A stretch of DNA of 64,000 nucleotides. Origin: Cyanophora paradoxa CCMP329 (taxonomy: Eukaryota > Plantae > Glaucophyta). Shown one piece after another: positions 45,986 to 60,156 of the stretch (its first letter is position 1; each line of letters starts with the position of its first letter). The notes under the pieces were generated by a model. That model worked only from the letters and a program-made list of their open reading frames with translations, was not told the DNA's origin and did no database searches. The position numbers were made by a program, and so were the translations under genes. The stretch covers positions 310,001-374,000 of the forward strand of contig QPMI01000416.1 of NCBI GenBank assembly GCA_004431415.1, read 5' to 3'.

Positions 45986-48900
45986 ATGTCTGCCAAGGTG
46001 CACGCGTCGGCGAAGATGTCGGTGAAGGGGAGCGACGCGGAGGGGCTCGCCTCGCGCGCCTCGTTCGGCGCGGGGCGGCCCCGTCAGGGCACCACGGTCC
46101 CGACCGGTACCGGGGCCGCGGCCGCGGGCCACGGGCGCATCCTCAGCCGCGCCTCCGTTGTGGTGCCCCAGCAGCCGGGCGGCCCGGGGGCCGAGCCGGC
46201 CTTCAAGCGCTTCTACGACTACGACCCGGCCGCCGCGGCGCGGGCGCGAAGCCAGACAAACTCCGCGTGGCACGTCTTCTACAAGAAGATTGAGGGCGTC
46301 GTCTTCTCCATCCTCTTCTACCTCACGGACCGCACCGTAAGCACCAAAGGCGCATAGCTTCGCGCGCCTTCGGCTTGCAGCTTATCCGGATCTCCATCCG
46401 CGCACATGTCATTGCGCAGGGCAAGGAGCCAAGCCTCTTCTCTCGCTTCGCCGTCCCATACATCTTCCTCCTCTACGACTGTGCGCCGCAGCCGACTTGC
46501 GTGGGCGAGAACCCTGCTTCTTGCGGCCCGTCTGATTTGATCTCCGGGATCCGGTTCCGCCGAACAGTCACGCAGCTGATGACCCTCTCGCTACCCCCCG
46601 GGTTCCCCACCGATACCGTCTCCTGGTTCTCCTACGCCGGGAACGTCGAGTCCACGGTACCCTCCTCGTCGCTCGCTCCTGTCTACGTCTGCGCCCGCTG
46701 ACGGCGCGCCCCGCTCGCCCGCAGCTCGCGAGCATGCAGCCGATCGGCATCTTCTGGCTCGCAGTAAGGTGCGAACAGACCCTCGGCCCTGCATGTCTCT
46801 CCTCGGCTTGGACTCCCGAGGCTACCTCTCCCTTCCCCCCTCCCCCCGTCGCCCTTCGGTCCGCGTCGTTCGAGCCGCGCGCCGCGCGCCGCACGCAGCT
46901 TGATCGTCACGACGTTCGTCCTGACCGGATTCGTGTTCTACATGAGCCTGGTGCGTGAACGGTGGGGCTCCGCCCGCCTAAGGCGAGGGCTAATGCTTAA
47001 CGGCTCAAGCCTTAAGCTTGGCCTGAAGCTTAGAGCCTGAAGCTGACTGAAGCTATAGCTTCTCCGTGCGGCTGTAAAACTGAGAGACGAACTTAAAGCT
47101 TAGCGCCTCGAGCTTCTTCTCCCTGCAGGCCCGCCTGCAGCTGACGCCCCGCGCCCCGCCCCGCCCCGCCCCGCGCCGCGCCGCGCCGCAGACCCAGAAC
47201 CTCCGCGTGCTGCCCATCAAGATTCTCCGCGTCCTCGCGACCGCCCTCGTCGACGCCCTCTTCGTGCGGCGTCCCTGTACCCCCCTTCCATCCCCCCCCT
47301 CAAAGATCGCCGTTAGAGCTGTTGCACATCGCTGTGCCTTCGGCCTTACGCGTAGGTCGGGCGGGCGCGCAGATTCCGGTGACGCAGATCCTGGCGCAGC
47401 CGTTCGCGTGCTTCCTCGCGGCGCGCGCCTCGGGGCCCGACGGCCTCGTCCGCGCCTCCGTCCTGGGCGCCGTCCCCTCCTGCCCCGCCTACGACACCGG
47501 CATCGCCCCCGTCTACTTCGCGGTACCCTGATGCCCCTGCTTCCCCCCCCCTTCCCCCCCGCCCCTTCCTTGAGCCGAAACCCCTCTCAGGTCTCCACGA
47601 TCCTCCTCGTGACTTTCGTGGTGCGGCCGCGTGCACGTTGCCCTCGCCCGCCTAACGCTTTAGCTTCTCCTCCGTCTTCTCCTCTTCGTCTTCTCCTCCG
47701 CTGACGTCGTCGCGCCGCCGCCGCAGCCCTACGCCCTTGTCTTCGCTCTGATGTGCGCCCGGCCGCCCGCCCGCCCGCGGCCGCCCCGGCGGCCCCGCGT
47801 GCGCGCGCCCGCCTCACGCGCCCCGACCCGCCCCGCCCCGCCCCTCCCGCCCCGCCCCGCCGCGCCCCGCCGCGCCAGCTTCTTCGACTCGTGCCCCGTC
47901 TCCTCGGCCGTCGAGGCCCGGCCCCACGGCCGCTTCTCCTTCCTCTACGGTACCCCCCCACCCCCCCCCTCCATCCGAGTCAGAAGTCGAACGCGTCGGT
48001 GCTGATGCTCCCCGCCCGCAGTTTGCGTGCAGGCGACGATGATTTTCGTGTGCGCCTGTTCCTGTCGCACCCGGCCTCCGGCCCTGGTCGTGGCTCGCAC
48101 ATCCGCGCGCTCGCCTCACTTTTCGCGATCGATCGCAGCAACTTCTTCGTCAGCGCCGACGTCGCGACGGCCCACGGGATCAACTTCGCCCTGCTGATCT
48201 CCCTGTGGCTCTTCTTGGTAATTTGTCGCTTTGATTTTGATTGTCTTGCTTGTCTCCGGCACTATCGAGTAATCCTCGCTTCTCGCAGTTCATTTCCTCG
48301 CCGTGAGCCTGACTTTCTTGATGCTGCATTTCCGCGATCGGTAGTGCCGGCCAGACGAAGCTGACGCCACGTCCACCGCGATCGATCGCCCCGCAGTTTC
48401 TACTCCACTTTCACGACGGCTTTCGTGCGCTCTCCCGGCTCCCCTCCCCCGCGCGCAGCTAGCATGCTCGTTCCTCCTTTCCTAGCTATTAGTAGTAGCT
48501 GCTTATAAGTAGTAGTAGCTATTAGCTGCTATTGAGCTAGCGCGCTCGTTCCTCCTTTCCATCTTCTCACCCGCCCTCGCCCTCGTCCCCTCAGCGCGGA
48601 GGCCTCTTCCTCGCGGCGGCCTCCTTCCCCCTTGCAAACAGGTTCATCCGCAGCGCCACAGACCTCGACGGTGCGCCGTTATAATTAGTAGTCGTCTAGA
48701 TCTGAGAGTTTGCGCCCTTAGCCCAAGGGGTCTATGAGCTGCTTACAAGTAGTAGTAGCTATTAGCTGCTATCAAGCTGCTTATACAAGCTTGTATTAAG
48801 TTAGTGGTTTAAGTTGCTCGAGCTGTTATATGTCCAGCTGATCGTGATCATGATCGCGTCCGCGCATATATATGTACAGGCCCGTCTGCACACCACTGGG

Positions 48901-51900
48901 CCACTGTGGCGCTGTCGCTTCTGGTGCCAGTCTTCGCGATCGGATTCGTGATCACATGTGCCCATACTCTGCGGCCCTCTTCCTGACCTGCTTTCTGACC
49001 TCTGACCGCCCCCCCGCTTCCTCCCTTCTCCCGCAGACCTGCGCGTCTGGTATCTGACGCCGGTGCGGTGGGACCGGCCGGACGCCGCGGCGGCGGCCTC
49101 CCTCGCCGCCGCTGGCGCCGCCGCTTCTATGGCACGATCCCAGAGCTACGTCCAAGGCTCGGCGCCCGTCAGCCCGACGCGCTCCCGCGGCGCCGGCGGC
49201 GGCGCCGGCCACAACTCCGACGTGGAGCTGGCGCACGCGGGGGACCGTGAACGGGAGGAGGAGGGGGAGGGGCCCGACCGCGCCGGCGGCCTCGCCCTCG
49301 CGAGGCGCAAGGTCGACGCGCATGTGGGGCGGCTGCGGGCGGCGCTGGCCCGCCGCGGTCTAGCCTTCCTCGAGGCCGCCAACCTCATCTTCCTCGTAGA
49401 GTGTCAGGTGCAGTGCAGCGCCCGCCCTCAAACCAATCTTAAAGGCAACGCAAGCTCTAAACATAGCTGTCAGTACGTTACTAGCTGTTCTAGAACGAAG
49501 GAAGGCGACGAGCCCCAAACAAATTTAACTAAGCTAAGCCAGAACTAACGAGCGCCGCCCGCCCTCGTCCGCCCTCGAATCAAATGAACCATTTATTTAA
49601 TAGAGGCAACACGCTCCAAACAAACTTGATAAACAAAGCTGTCAGCATAGTGCGAGAAGTTTTAAACAAACAAAGCAAGCTTAAGACCTAACTGACGATC
49701 GCGAGCGCCGCACACCAGTACGAGCTGCGGGCGCGCATCGCTCTCCGCAAGCACGAGGACGTCGCCCTTGCCGAGGCTATTTATAGGGACGGCATTTTCG
49801 CACTGCCCCGCAGCGCCTACATCCGCATCCACTACTCCCTCTTCATCCGCCGTGCGCGCGCCCCTTCAGTTTCGAAGTCTTCTTCTCTTTGTGTCTTATC
49901 TCGCTGTTTTCGTTCTATAGATTACAAGGGGGACACGGGGGCGGCCGCGCAGCGGATGCGGGGCGCGGCGGCGGGGCCCGAGGGGGCGAGCGGCGCCATT
50001 GCGTTCGACCTGAGGTACCTCGTCTTCGAGAAGCAGGTGCGCCCGCCCGCCCGCCGGTCAACGCTTACGCTCGAGATCGCGGTCGGATAATTATAACTGG
50101 CCGCGGCTCACCATATTCCTTCCTCAGCGCATGTGGGATCAAATCAGCCAGGGCACGACGATCGGGAGCACCATGAACAGGTCTGCTGTCGCGGTCATAT
50201 CTAGATCTAGATCTAGCTATAGCCTCTCCCTGCTGGAGTTCTCTCTATCTAGGCTCTCGATCTTGCTCACACTCTCTAGATCTCACCGCCTTCTCTGCCT
50301 TCGGCCTCACCTCGTTGGCCTCACCGCCTTCTTTGCCCGCCTTTCGTCCAGCCTCTCCCTGCTGGAGTTTTAGATCTTTCTATGTAGACTCTATCTAGAT
50401 CTTGCTCGAACCCTCTAGATCTCTCTCTAGATCTCTAACCTCTGCCTTCCATTTTGCTTGTCTAACTTAACCCCCCGCGCAGCCTCTCCCTGCTGGAGTT
50501 CGAGCAGGTCTACGCCACGGCGCAGTCGAAGCACGGGGAGGCCCTGGCGCTCATCCAGCGCTTCTGGGCCGGCGTCTCCAAGAAGCAGAACGCCAAGGTG
50601 CCGGATTCTCGCATTACAGCTTATATAGAAGCTGAAGTTTCGCATTCCAGCTATAGAAGCTTATAGAAGGCTCTTATAGAAGGCTCTTATAGAAGCCTAT
50701 ATTAAGTCTCGTTTCGTCTCCAAGAAGCAGAACGCGAAGGTGCCGGAGCTTTGCTTCCCGGGCTCTGTTTCTAGACCTGTGCATGCTCGCTCGCTATGCT
50801 ATGCAGCCGGTCGCCGCTGACAGAGCGATACTCCGGGCGCTCTTTTGTTTCTTCTCGCTCGCGATCCAGCCGGTCTAGCTGACAGAGCGATACCCCGCGC
50901 GCGCACGCGCGCAGTTCATTGCCGGGGCGAGCCTGTACGTGACCCGCATCAGCGAGGCATCGAAGGCGGCCGCCGCGGCCTACGAAGCGTGCGCGGGCGG
51001 CGCTCGAGCCTCTACTATGTCCCTCTCGGCCTAGGCCTCAGCCTTCGGCCCTTGAGCCTCGGCCCCGCCCCGCAGGCTCCTGCGGAAGCACGCGAAGAGC
51101 AAGATGCTGCTTCGCTCCTACGCCAACTTCGCGCGCAGCGTCGAGAACAACGTCGACAAGGTGATCGGGAACGGCGTTTCGATTTCCGGAAATCTTGACG
51201 CTCGCGATCGCGACCGCGATCGCCCCTCGTCGCACGCAGGCCACGCTCCTGTTCCTGAAAGCGGACGAGATCGAAGAGCAGGAAGCGTGCGCACGCGCTC
51301 GCTTCGACGTCGCGCCGCGTCACGCCGGTTCCGCTTGCTCGCTTGCACGCGCAGGCGGGCGCTCAGCGGGGACGCGTCGGCGGGGGACGGCATGTCCGAG
51401 GTGGGCGACACGGAGGCGACGTCGGAGGCCGGGAAGCAGAGCAACACGGGGTCGGGCTCCAGCGAGCACGTCAAGAACCGCGTGACCGCGAAGAAGAAGG
51501 AGGGGCTCGAGAACGTCCTGAACAACGAGGGCCAGGTTCGAGCTTATTATTAAGAACATTAAGAACATTATGACATCCTATGAAGAACATTGAGAACAGC
51601 GAGTGCAAGCTCCTGTGAACGCTCCCTTGCAAAGCTTTGCGAGTGCAAAGAACTTCTGGCCTCAGAACTAGAACTCCTAAGAACGCTTCCTTGACCTCCA
51701 AGACGAAGAACGTTAAGAACATTAAACCCTAAGATTATACTAGACGCGCCTGGCCCTGCCTAAGACCTCCTATGAAGAACGTTAAGAACATTGAGACATC
51801 CTATAGAGAACACTTGGCAGAGAGTGGAAGCTCCTGTGAACGCATGCTCCCGGCAGCTGCGCGCGGTGCGCCGCCTGCAGATCGGCGTGCTGGCGGGCCT

Positions 51901-54900
51901 CGCGGTCCTCGCCGCCATTGTCGTCGCGTTCTACGTGGCGAGCCGCGAGCTCCTCGCCGAGATCTCCGGCGGTGCGTTTGCTTGCTTGCATGGATTCGTA
52001 TCGATTAGATGTACGACGATATGATACGAAGATTTGTGTTATCTGCAATGGCTCACCTCAATTAGAGGGCCTCTAGTGTCTAGTATTATTATCTCCGGCG
52101 GTGCGGCGCCGAGCCTCGAGGCCGGCGCGGAAGCCCCGGCGCCCGCTGAACGCGAATCTTCTCCAGGTCTCGCCCGCATCACGGACGTCGCCTCGCAGGC
52201 GCGCGCGCGCTCCCCTGTTGCGCCCGAGTCCAGATCTAATTTCGCGGCGCAGGCGCGCTTCATTGCGTCCGTCACGGACCACGCGCGGAGCGTGCACCTT
52301 GCCGCCTACATCAATTCAAGCACGGTTTGGACTCAGCAGGTCCGTCAGCGATTACGTTGCCTTCGCCTCGTTGGTGTGCCATGGCTCATACTCTGAGCGC
52401 AGATGGGCCGTCTGAAGGTCCGAGCGGACCAGGTGCGCTGCGAACCCCTCGACGCCCATTATAATGTCTCGATCGCTTCTTTTGAGTTCGCTGATGAGCT
52501 CAACGCGCCCTCGTTGCGGTCAGCAGTTTCGAGACACGCACCAGGCAAGCTTTAAATGCTTTCATCTCCTAGCAACGGTTGCCGCGCAATTCTGAGCGGC
52601 TCCGGTCCATCCCTTCGCTCGCAGACGCTGTATTTTGGGCGTGGCGGCGTTCCCCCCTCGGACGATCCCCACGTTCTCGTGCGTGCTCGCCTGCTCGCCG
52701 CTGCCGGCGCTCGCTCTCGATCTCTGCCCACACGAACGACGCTCGCGATCGGCAGGCCCTGTGGAACGACCAGGCGATCGAATACGCAAAGTACCTGCCC
52801 GGTGGTCCCGGGCAGAAGCCGACTGTAATCACACAGAAGGTGCGACCCGGGTTACGCATTGTTAAAATAATTCGCACAGCGTCATATACAGGATCAAACG
52901 TACTATCTGTTCACGCGCTGTTCGTTCGTTTGCAGACGGGCCTGTTCGATCTGGGCAACATGTTCTACTCGCTTGCCGCCGAGTTCCAGGCTTCAACGTT
53001 CGCCCAGACGCTCAAGGCGGCCGAAATGGAGTCCTTCCGCTTTATCCAGGTACCCCTGGCCTGCCCCCCCCTCACCCCCCCCCCACCCCCACCCCCATCC
53101 CCACCCATAAGAAACGATTTCATACCCCCGATCTCCCACGGGTCCCACCCCCCATCCTCATCTGCCAACCCGCACCCCTGAGGGCACCCGCACCATTTTG
53201 TCGACGGATGGCGAGGGCGTCGCCCCGCAGACCTTCACTCACCCATTCCCTTCGCTGGCCCTTAGCTCTCATCCCTCATTTCTTTATCTCCGCTCCGCCA
53301 TTTCCGCTCCGCCATTTCCGCTCCGATCCGCCATTTACGGGATTTTCTTAATTTCTTGATTTCCGCGCGCAGGACGTAGGGGCGCACGTCCTCACCAAAA
53401 CGATCCTCGACGCCGTCGTCCAGTACGAGGACGAGGTGCGCTCAGCTAACGTAATTAGCAGTTATAGTAGTGATAGAAGTGATAAGCGCTAGCAGCTTAG
53501 CTTATACTTATAAGCAGCTTAGCTAAGCTTACAGCTTAGCTCAGCTTAGATAAGCAGCGTAACCAGCAGCTGCAGTGGCTAGATGGCGGTCGGCTCGGTC
53601 GAACGGAGGGCCAGGCCATCCGTAGGCCTCCGCAGCCTCGCTCGGCTGACTCCACCCATCTCCGCGCGCGGCCGCGGCCTTCGTCCAACCGGCCCATATA
53701 TTCGTAGCCCGCGGGGCCAGGCTAGTCGTATACGTAGGCCTTCGAATTCGCAGCCTCGCTCGGCTGGCTCCGCTGACTCTGACTTCGTCGTCGCAGACGT
53801 ACGACCACCGGAACGTCTCCATTGGCATCCTCGGGGCCATCCTCGCCGTCTTCCTCATCACGATCGCCTCGCTCATCGTCTGCGTGGTGCGCGCGCGCGC
53901 GCACGCGCGCTCGGCGGGCCGAGGCGGGAGCAATATCGCTACTGGAAGCTCAAGCAAAGCTATATCGAAAGCTAAAGCTAATAGCTAAGATATATCTATA
54001 TATGGGTTATATAGCTAAGCTATATCGGAAGCTGTAGCTAAGCCGACGCGAACCGCCCTCGCCCCGCGCGCAGCTGCAGCCGGCGATCCGCCGCGTCCGC
54101 AAGACGAAGTCGGGCGTGAGCGACATCCTGAGCGTCATCCCGCGCAAAGGTCCGGCCGCTTTTCCCAACATTTCCCATCATTTCCCATCATTTCCGACTT
54201 GAGCGCCGGCAGCGCTGCGCAAGATCTCGCGGCACTACAACCGGATGAAGGTGCCCGGGGCGGCCGAGAGCGACGAGGAGGAGGGCAAGGGGGGCGAGGA
54301 GGGCGCGACGGGCAACGACGGCGAAGGGGACGACGAAGACGACGACGTCGCCGCGGCCGGCGCCGGCGAAGGCAAGTCCGGGATCCCGGCAGATTCATGA
54401 TCATTTCATTCAGCTCCGGCTATATCTTACACACGGCCTGCAGGCAAGGGCGTGACCCGCGCGGCCCTCGCGCGCCGCCGCCGCTCCCGGTCGGGATCGG
54501 TCGTGTCGAATTCGAAGGGCGCCGGCGGCGAGAAGATCGACAACAAGGCCCATGGCCAGGCGCGCAAGGGCAGCACGGAATCGATCGGGCGCAACTCGCT
54601 GGGCGGCGACCCCGACGAGAACGAGGACCTGGTCGTGCCGTTGACGGCCGTCCCGGAGGCAAAGAAGGCGTTTGGCGAGGACAAGGAGGCGTCGGCGGCG
54701 CCGGCGGTGGCGATGCGCCCGGCGACGTTGAAGGGGCTCGACGGCCAGGGCGAGGGCGAGGGCGGGACCGACGTGGAGGACACGCCGCTTGCCGAGCTGC
54801 GGCCGATGATGGCGGCCATGGCCATGGGGCCGGGCGCCGCCGGCGAGACGAGCGTGTCGGACTCGTGGGTGCAGGACCCGGAACCCGGCGCCAGCGTCCA

Positions 54901-57144
54901 CACCGGTACCATGACCACCGGCACCGGCGCCGGCAACGGCGTCGGCGTCGGCGTCGGCGCGCACGGCCACGCGACGGCCGTCTGGATGGACATCGATCAT
55001 GAAGGACAGGCGGAGACGGCGGCGGGGGCCCCGCTCGGCTCGAACGCGTCGTCGCTGTCCAGCGTGCCCACGGCCGCGCCCACGCCCAAACCGGCCGGCG
55101 CCGGCGCCGCGGCGGTGGCCGCCCCCCAGAGCGGCCTCGGCTCATCCCTTCTGCGCCGCCGGCTGGCGCCCGGCCCGCACCCGCCGTCCTCGGCCGAGCT
55201 TCTGGCCGCGCCGGCGGAGCTGCAGAGGCCAAACGGTGGTCGCCGCGTCTCGCTCGCGGCCCGCCGGCGGAGCGCATCGCGGCGGGACACCTCCAGCAGC
55301 GAAGAGGAGGGTCGCGTGCACCGCGGCGGCCGCGCGCCCGCGGCGCGGGCGGCGCCGGCGGCGGTACCCGTCGAGCTCTCCCCGGGCCCTGGCAGCATCC
55401 TCGCCCACATCCTCTCGGGCGACCCTCTCTCGGGGACCGACGGGCCCGCCGCCGCCGCCGCCGCCGGAACCGCCTCAGAAGCCGACCCGAACGCAAAGCG
55501 AGCGTCTTCTGCATCGGCGGTGGCGGCGGCGTCGAATTCGAAGCCGTCCGACAACGAGCGCGATCGCGAGGAGGCGGACGAGGCGGAGGCGAAGGAGAAG
55601 TCGGGCGCCGCGGGCGGCGGACGCGGCGCCGGCGGAGGCATCTTCACCCGCATGATGGCGAGATACCTCATCGCCTTCGCCGCGCTCGCCCTCATCGCGG
55701 TGCTTCGATTCGAGTTCGAGTTGTTTGAGTTTGCGGTTCGAATTCTGATCGGCGGGTTCAGATAATCGGATACGTCGTCACTGTTCTTCTCGTCTCGAAG
55801 GCGACCCAGGCACGCTAAAAGAATCCAGATTAAAGATTAAAGCCGCGCCTCTTCTTACGATTGCGCTGTAGAACCCCCGCTGTCTGCGCTTTTGTTTCGC
55901 GCTAGTTGTTTGAAACTGCGCCGCCCAGGCCGCCTCGGTCATCCGCTACGCCGGCAACAGGCGTTATTTCGCCCGCGACCTGGCGTATGTCGCCCGCGAG
56001 GTGAACCAATCTCTCTTGATTCTGATAAGATTTACTTTAATAATAAAAACATCCCATGATCTCTCCCCCGGCTCTTCTCCGGATCCGCCGCTCATGATCA
56101 CACACCGCTCCCGTCGGTCTCACTTAATCAGGTTTACTAATGAGATCTAATAAGATCTAATAAGATCTAAGAATCTAAAGCTAATAAAGCCTATAGCTAA
56201 TAAGACCTCAGATCTACGTCGAGATCTAATAAGATCTTATAAGACCTAGGAATCTATAGCTACGACGGCGCCTCCTAATATTAGATCTGATAAGATCTAT
56301 TAAGACCTAGGAATCTAGAGCTGATAAGACCGAATGATATCTCAGATCTACGTCGACGACGGCGCCGCTGGGCTCACCAAAGCGGAGGCCGTCGAGCGCG
56401 CCATGAAGCGATTCGCGGTGCGCCGTGTCTCGTTTCATTTGCTTTCATTCGGTTCAGCCGTAGCTTCATTTTGGTTTGTTGTCCGCGTGCGCGAGCGCCC
56501 GTAGGCCTCCAGACGAGGGAGCCTTCCCCTCCCTTGCTCTCAGTGCTGGCTCGGCAGTGCTGACCGTCGCTTCGGTTAGCTTTGGAGTTAGCTTGGGTTT
56601 GTTGTGCACGGGAACGCGCCAGCGCATGTCCAGCTCTAAGCTTCTTCTTCTCTGTTAAATATTCTCAGCGCCGAGAATTCTAATGACACCAAGAACTCCG
56701 CCCTTATTTATTTATTAGGATGTTATTAGATCTTATTAGATCAAGATTCTAAGCTTCTTCTTCTCTCTTAAATATTCTCAGCGCCTCACTCTTGGTGCGA
56801 TCTCATCTCGACGCCTTCGGCGGGCGCGCGCGCGCAGGAGCTGCAGCAAACCCACAACGGGCTCAAGTACGGGAACGCCGAGGACAACGTCTCGCCCTCA
56901 TACACGCAGTGAGCTCGGGCCCTTCTCAACCTTTAAATAGCTCAAGTCTTTCTTTTAATAGTGCCATAAGCGCTCCGCTCCGCCGATCGTGGACCCGTTC
57001 GCCCTTGCATACAAAATTTCCGGTCTTTTCCGGTCCCGCCGGCTTAAGCTTGAGCCGCGAATTTGGGATCGTTGTTCTCACGCCCTCAATCTATCTATCT
57101 ATCGCCAGGCAGCCGAACCAGCTATAAATAGACAGTGCCATGGC

Positions 57145-57182
<38 letters not shown>

Positions 57183-59761
57183 ATCGTCAGGCAGCCGAAT
57201 AGTGCCATGGCCATAATTATAAGCGTTCTGCTCCGCTGATCGTGGACGCGCTCGAATTCGCCCCCTGAATATTAATCGAATCGAATCGACTCGAGCAGGC
57301 AGCCGAACCAGCGGGAGCTGCTGTACGGGAAGCCGTGCCTGCGGGCCGACGGCGACTGCTCCGCCTCCAAGCTCAACTACGTCGCCCCGCTCGTCTCCAG
57401 CGGCCTCGGTGCGCCCGCCGCCCGCCCCGCCCGCCCGCTCCGCCCCGCCCCGCCCCGCCCGCCCCGCCCCGCCTCGCCACATGTAAACTAGCGCTCTAGC
57501 TTCTCCATCATCACGACGACAGTCGATGTGCAATCGGTTTAACGCCTTCCTTCCTTTCTTCCTTCCTAGTGCGTTGGTTCTAGCTTCTCCTTCGTCGTCG
57601 TCGCGACGACCTTTCCCACACTCGACTCGCTCGACTCGATTTGCTCGAATCCCACACTCGAACCCCCTTTGATTTCCTCGAATCGCAGACTTCCTGGTGC
57701 AGCAGTACGTCGGCTTCGTTCAGAAGGCCCTCAAGGAGAACAACGTCTACACCGAAGAGTGCGCGCGCGCGCCCTTCGCGGGGCACTCTCACCTAATCTA
57801 ATCTAAGTTCTGATCTTATCTAATCTTATAACCAATCTTCAAAATGAAAGGGCATGCTTTGCTTTGCTTGCCGGGTTCCGAGCGCGCGCGCGGCCTAGGC
57901 CTGGGCCTGACCCGCCGGGTGCGCGCAGCGGCAAGGTGGACAGGGAACAGCCGTTCTTCCGCGAACCGCCCCCCAACCCGATTGCCAAGGGCGAGCTCGG
58001 CAGGTCCGACCGGACCCCGGATTCATCGGTTCGCCCTGAACTATATATTTTGTCCCGCAGGGGCGCCTGTTGCTCGTCGGCCAACTCGATCCAGCCGCGC
58101 TCTGCCAACATGCGCGCGCTCTACGACCTCCACAGGTCCGCCGCTACTTTTAGCTTCTATAAGCTACTACCTCTTTAGCTACTACCTCCGCCCGTCTCCG
58201 ACACACGCCTTTCGGCGCATTTTCGGCGCAGCGACTACGTGGACGCGGGGCTGACGACGAGCCAGCTGATGTACCTTGCGGCCGCGGACGAGGACCTCCA
58301 GACCGTCCTCAAAGTCGCCGTGCGCTTTCTTCTGCAGAGACGATTAATGAGATCTAAGGTCTAAGATCTAAAAGAAGAAGCGGTGCATAAATTGTTAGAT
58401 TAGATGTACCCAGATCAGATCTAATATATAAGACCGTCCTCAAAGTCGCCGTGCGCTGCGCCCTCTAAATTCATGATCGATCGATTTGGGGTGGAGTAGA
58501 GTTTCAAGAACAAGAGGATCTAGAAGAAGTAGGAGTAGTAGTGCATAAACAATGAAATGCAGGAAAGAGGAGGCGCCGTAAGCTAATTTAGAGCACGAAG
58601 ATGACAACCGACCTTTAAAGGATCTTTAGTAGATCATAAGAGCCGCCTGCTGGCCGTGAGCTTAAGACCTATGATCGTGCACACGTGAGGATGATCAAGT
58701 CAATTCGACGCCGACGCGCAGGCGGTCGTTCTTGCCCTGCAGCTCGCGGCCCTCCTCGTCGTTTTTACCTTCGTCTTCCGCCCCATGTGCGCCGCCACGC
58801 CACGCTTCGCTTGTCACCCCGTTTGTTCCGCGGCTGACGCCGGCCCCGTGCCCGCCCGCCCGCCCGCAGCATTCGCCAGCTCCGCGACGAGTGCGGCAGA
58901 AGGTCCGCACTGCGGCACCTTTCCGTCCGAGCGACTCGGAAGCAAAAGAATCGACAAAAGCAACTTGCGCTCTAGATCTGTCACACACATATAAAATTGC
59001 ATATTCATTTTAAATGCCCCGGCGCGGCCTAGCTGCCCTAACTTCCCTGACGCCCCGGCGCGGCCTAACTGCCCTAACCGACGCCCCGGCGCGGCCTGAC
59101 TGCCCTAACCGACGCCCCGGCGCGGCCTAACTGCCCTAACTGACGCCCCAACGCGGCCTAACTGCCCTAACTGCCGTAACTGACGCTCTGGCCCGCAGCG
59201 ACGAGCTGCTCCGAATGCTGCCGAAGGACATGCTCCCCCTCCTCAAGGACCTGCAGAAGGTCCGCCGCGCCTTACAATCAGCGACAAGAACAACTAGAAC
59301 TGCACATTTCGCCGATCAACAAGAACCTTGACTTGTTATAAGAGCAAACTATAGAACGAGAACTACACATCTACCCGTTCGACAAGAACCTTGACTTGTG
59401 CTCGCGCGCGCGCGCGCACCAAAATCATAAGAACGCCGTATATGCGAACAATCAACAACATACATGGACAAATAACGAGCACAGACACCGAATTAAAAAG
59501 AAGACGATCTAGGAGAGCGTTTATAAACGATGACGATTCGCCTTGGCGCAGTTCTTCCGGGGGGCGAACGACCAGGACAGGGGGGGCGAGGGCTCCGGCC
59601 TCGTCAGCGCCCGGGAGATCGCCGCGAGCCTCGGCGACCTATTCGCGCTCTGCTGCGGCGCCCGACGATCCGGCGGGCAGCCACGCGTCCGGCCAGCCAC
59701 GGAGGCCGCCCCCTCCGGAGGATCCGCGCCGGTTTCCTCGAGCCCGTCAAGGCCCGCATAG
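45986..59761 (+). CDS. TmcB/TmcC (tiny macrocysts)-like multi-pass membrane protein, many exons
   Basis: N-terminal TM exons with ARPHGRF. TPR-like region AEAIYRDGI...YIRIHYSLF, FDLRYLVFEKQ, LIQRFW, KMLLRSYANFARSVENN and LFLKADEIEEQE. Several further TM pairs and a terminal LLRMLP motif. No PAS domain recognised. Confidence 0.75.
51977..52090 (+). mobile_element. Short retroposon-like insertion with (TAT)n tail and perfect 15-bp target-site duplication
   Basis: ATCTCCGGCGGTGCG at 51962-51976 and 52091-52105. 3' end is TGGCTCACCTCAATTAGAGGGCCTCTAGTGTCTAGTATTATT. Confidence 0.85.
59016..59186. repeat. Intronic ~30-bp tandem repeat x5 (GACGCCCCGGCGCGGCCTAACTGCCCTAAC)
   Basis: Read directly. 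It lies just 5' of an acceptor and repeats branch-site-like CTAAC/CTGAC motifs. Confidence 0.9.
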
Positions 59762-59897
59762 TTATAAAACTCGGCAGCTATCTATTATCAAGTTGCCCGT
59801 CGCCCCCTCCGGAGGGTCCACGCCGGTTTCTTCGGGCCCCGCAAGGCCCGCATAGTTGTCTCGGCAGCTATCTATCTATTATCAAGTTGCCCGTCGC
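59708..59897. repeat. ~95-bp tandem duplication covering the TmcB-like stop codon
   Basis: CCCCTCCGGAGG...AAGGCCCGCATAGTT...ATCAAGTTGCCCGTCGC occurs twice. Confidence 0.85.
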
Positions 59898-59971
59898 AGA
59901 ATAATTAAGTAGTCGTGATCCGGCCGGCCCCGCTCATAATTATCCCCGCTTTTGTGTGATCGCAGTTATGT

Positions 59972-60156
59972 ATAGCACTCTGGATCTTAAGCTTGCAGTT
60001 ATTTTGCTACCAGAATATCTGAGTGCAGAGTATCACGTGCGTTTGCACGGATTTGTTTCGATTAGATATGACGAATACGTCGTAGGCAGTATTGTGTTGT
60101 GTGTTCCGCAATGATGGCTCACCTTAATTAGAGGGCCTCTAGTGTCTAGTATTATT
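59972..60156 (+). mobile_element. Second, longer copy of the (TAT)n-tailed element
   Basis: Shares the 3' ~42 bp almost exactly, plus a TTGCAxGGATTxGTxTCGATTAGAT block, with 51977-52090. Possible imperfect TSD ATCGC(AG)TTATGT. Confidence 0.7.

Noticed and set aside
52040-52090. Helitron 3' end (hairpin + CTAG|T)
   Set aside because: A perfect 15-bp TSD and a (TAT)n tail argue for target-primed insertion; Helitrons make no TSD.
57146-57177. (CTAT)n here, (TA)n near 17331-17350 and (GCC)n runs in exons
   Set aside because: Ordinary microsatellites and poly-Ala codon runs.
59016-59186. Interstitial telomere (CCCTAA)
   Set aside because: CCCTAA occurs once per 30-bp minisatellite unit, not as a tandem telomeric tract.
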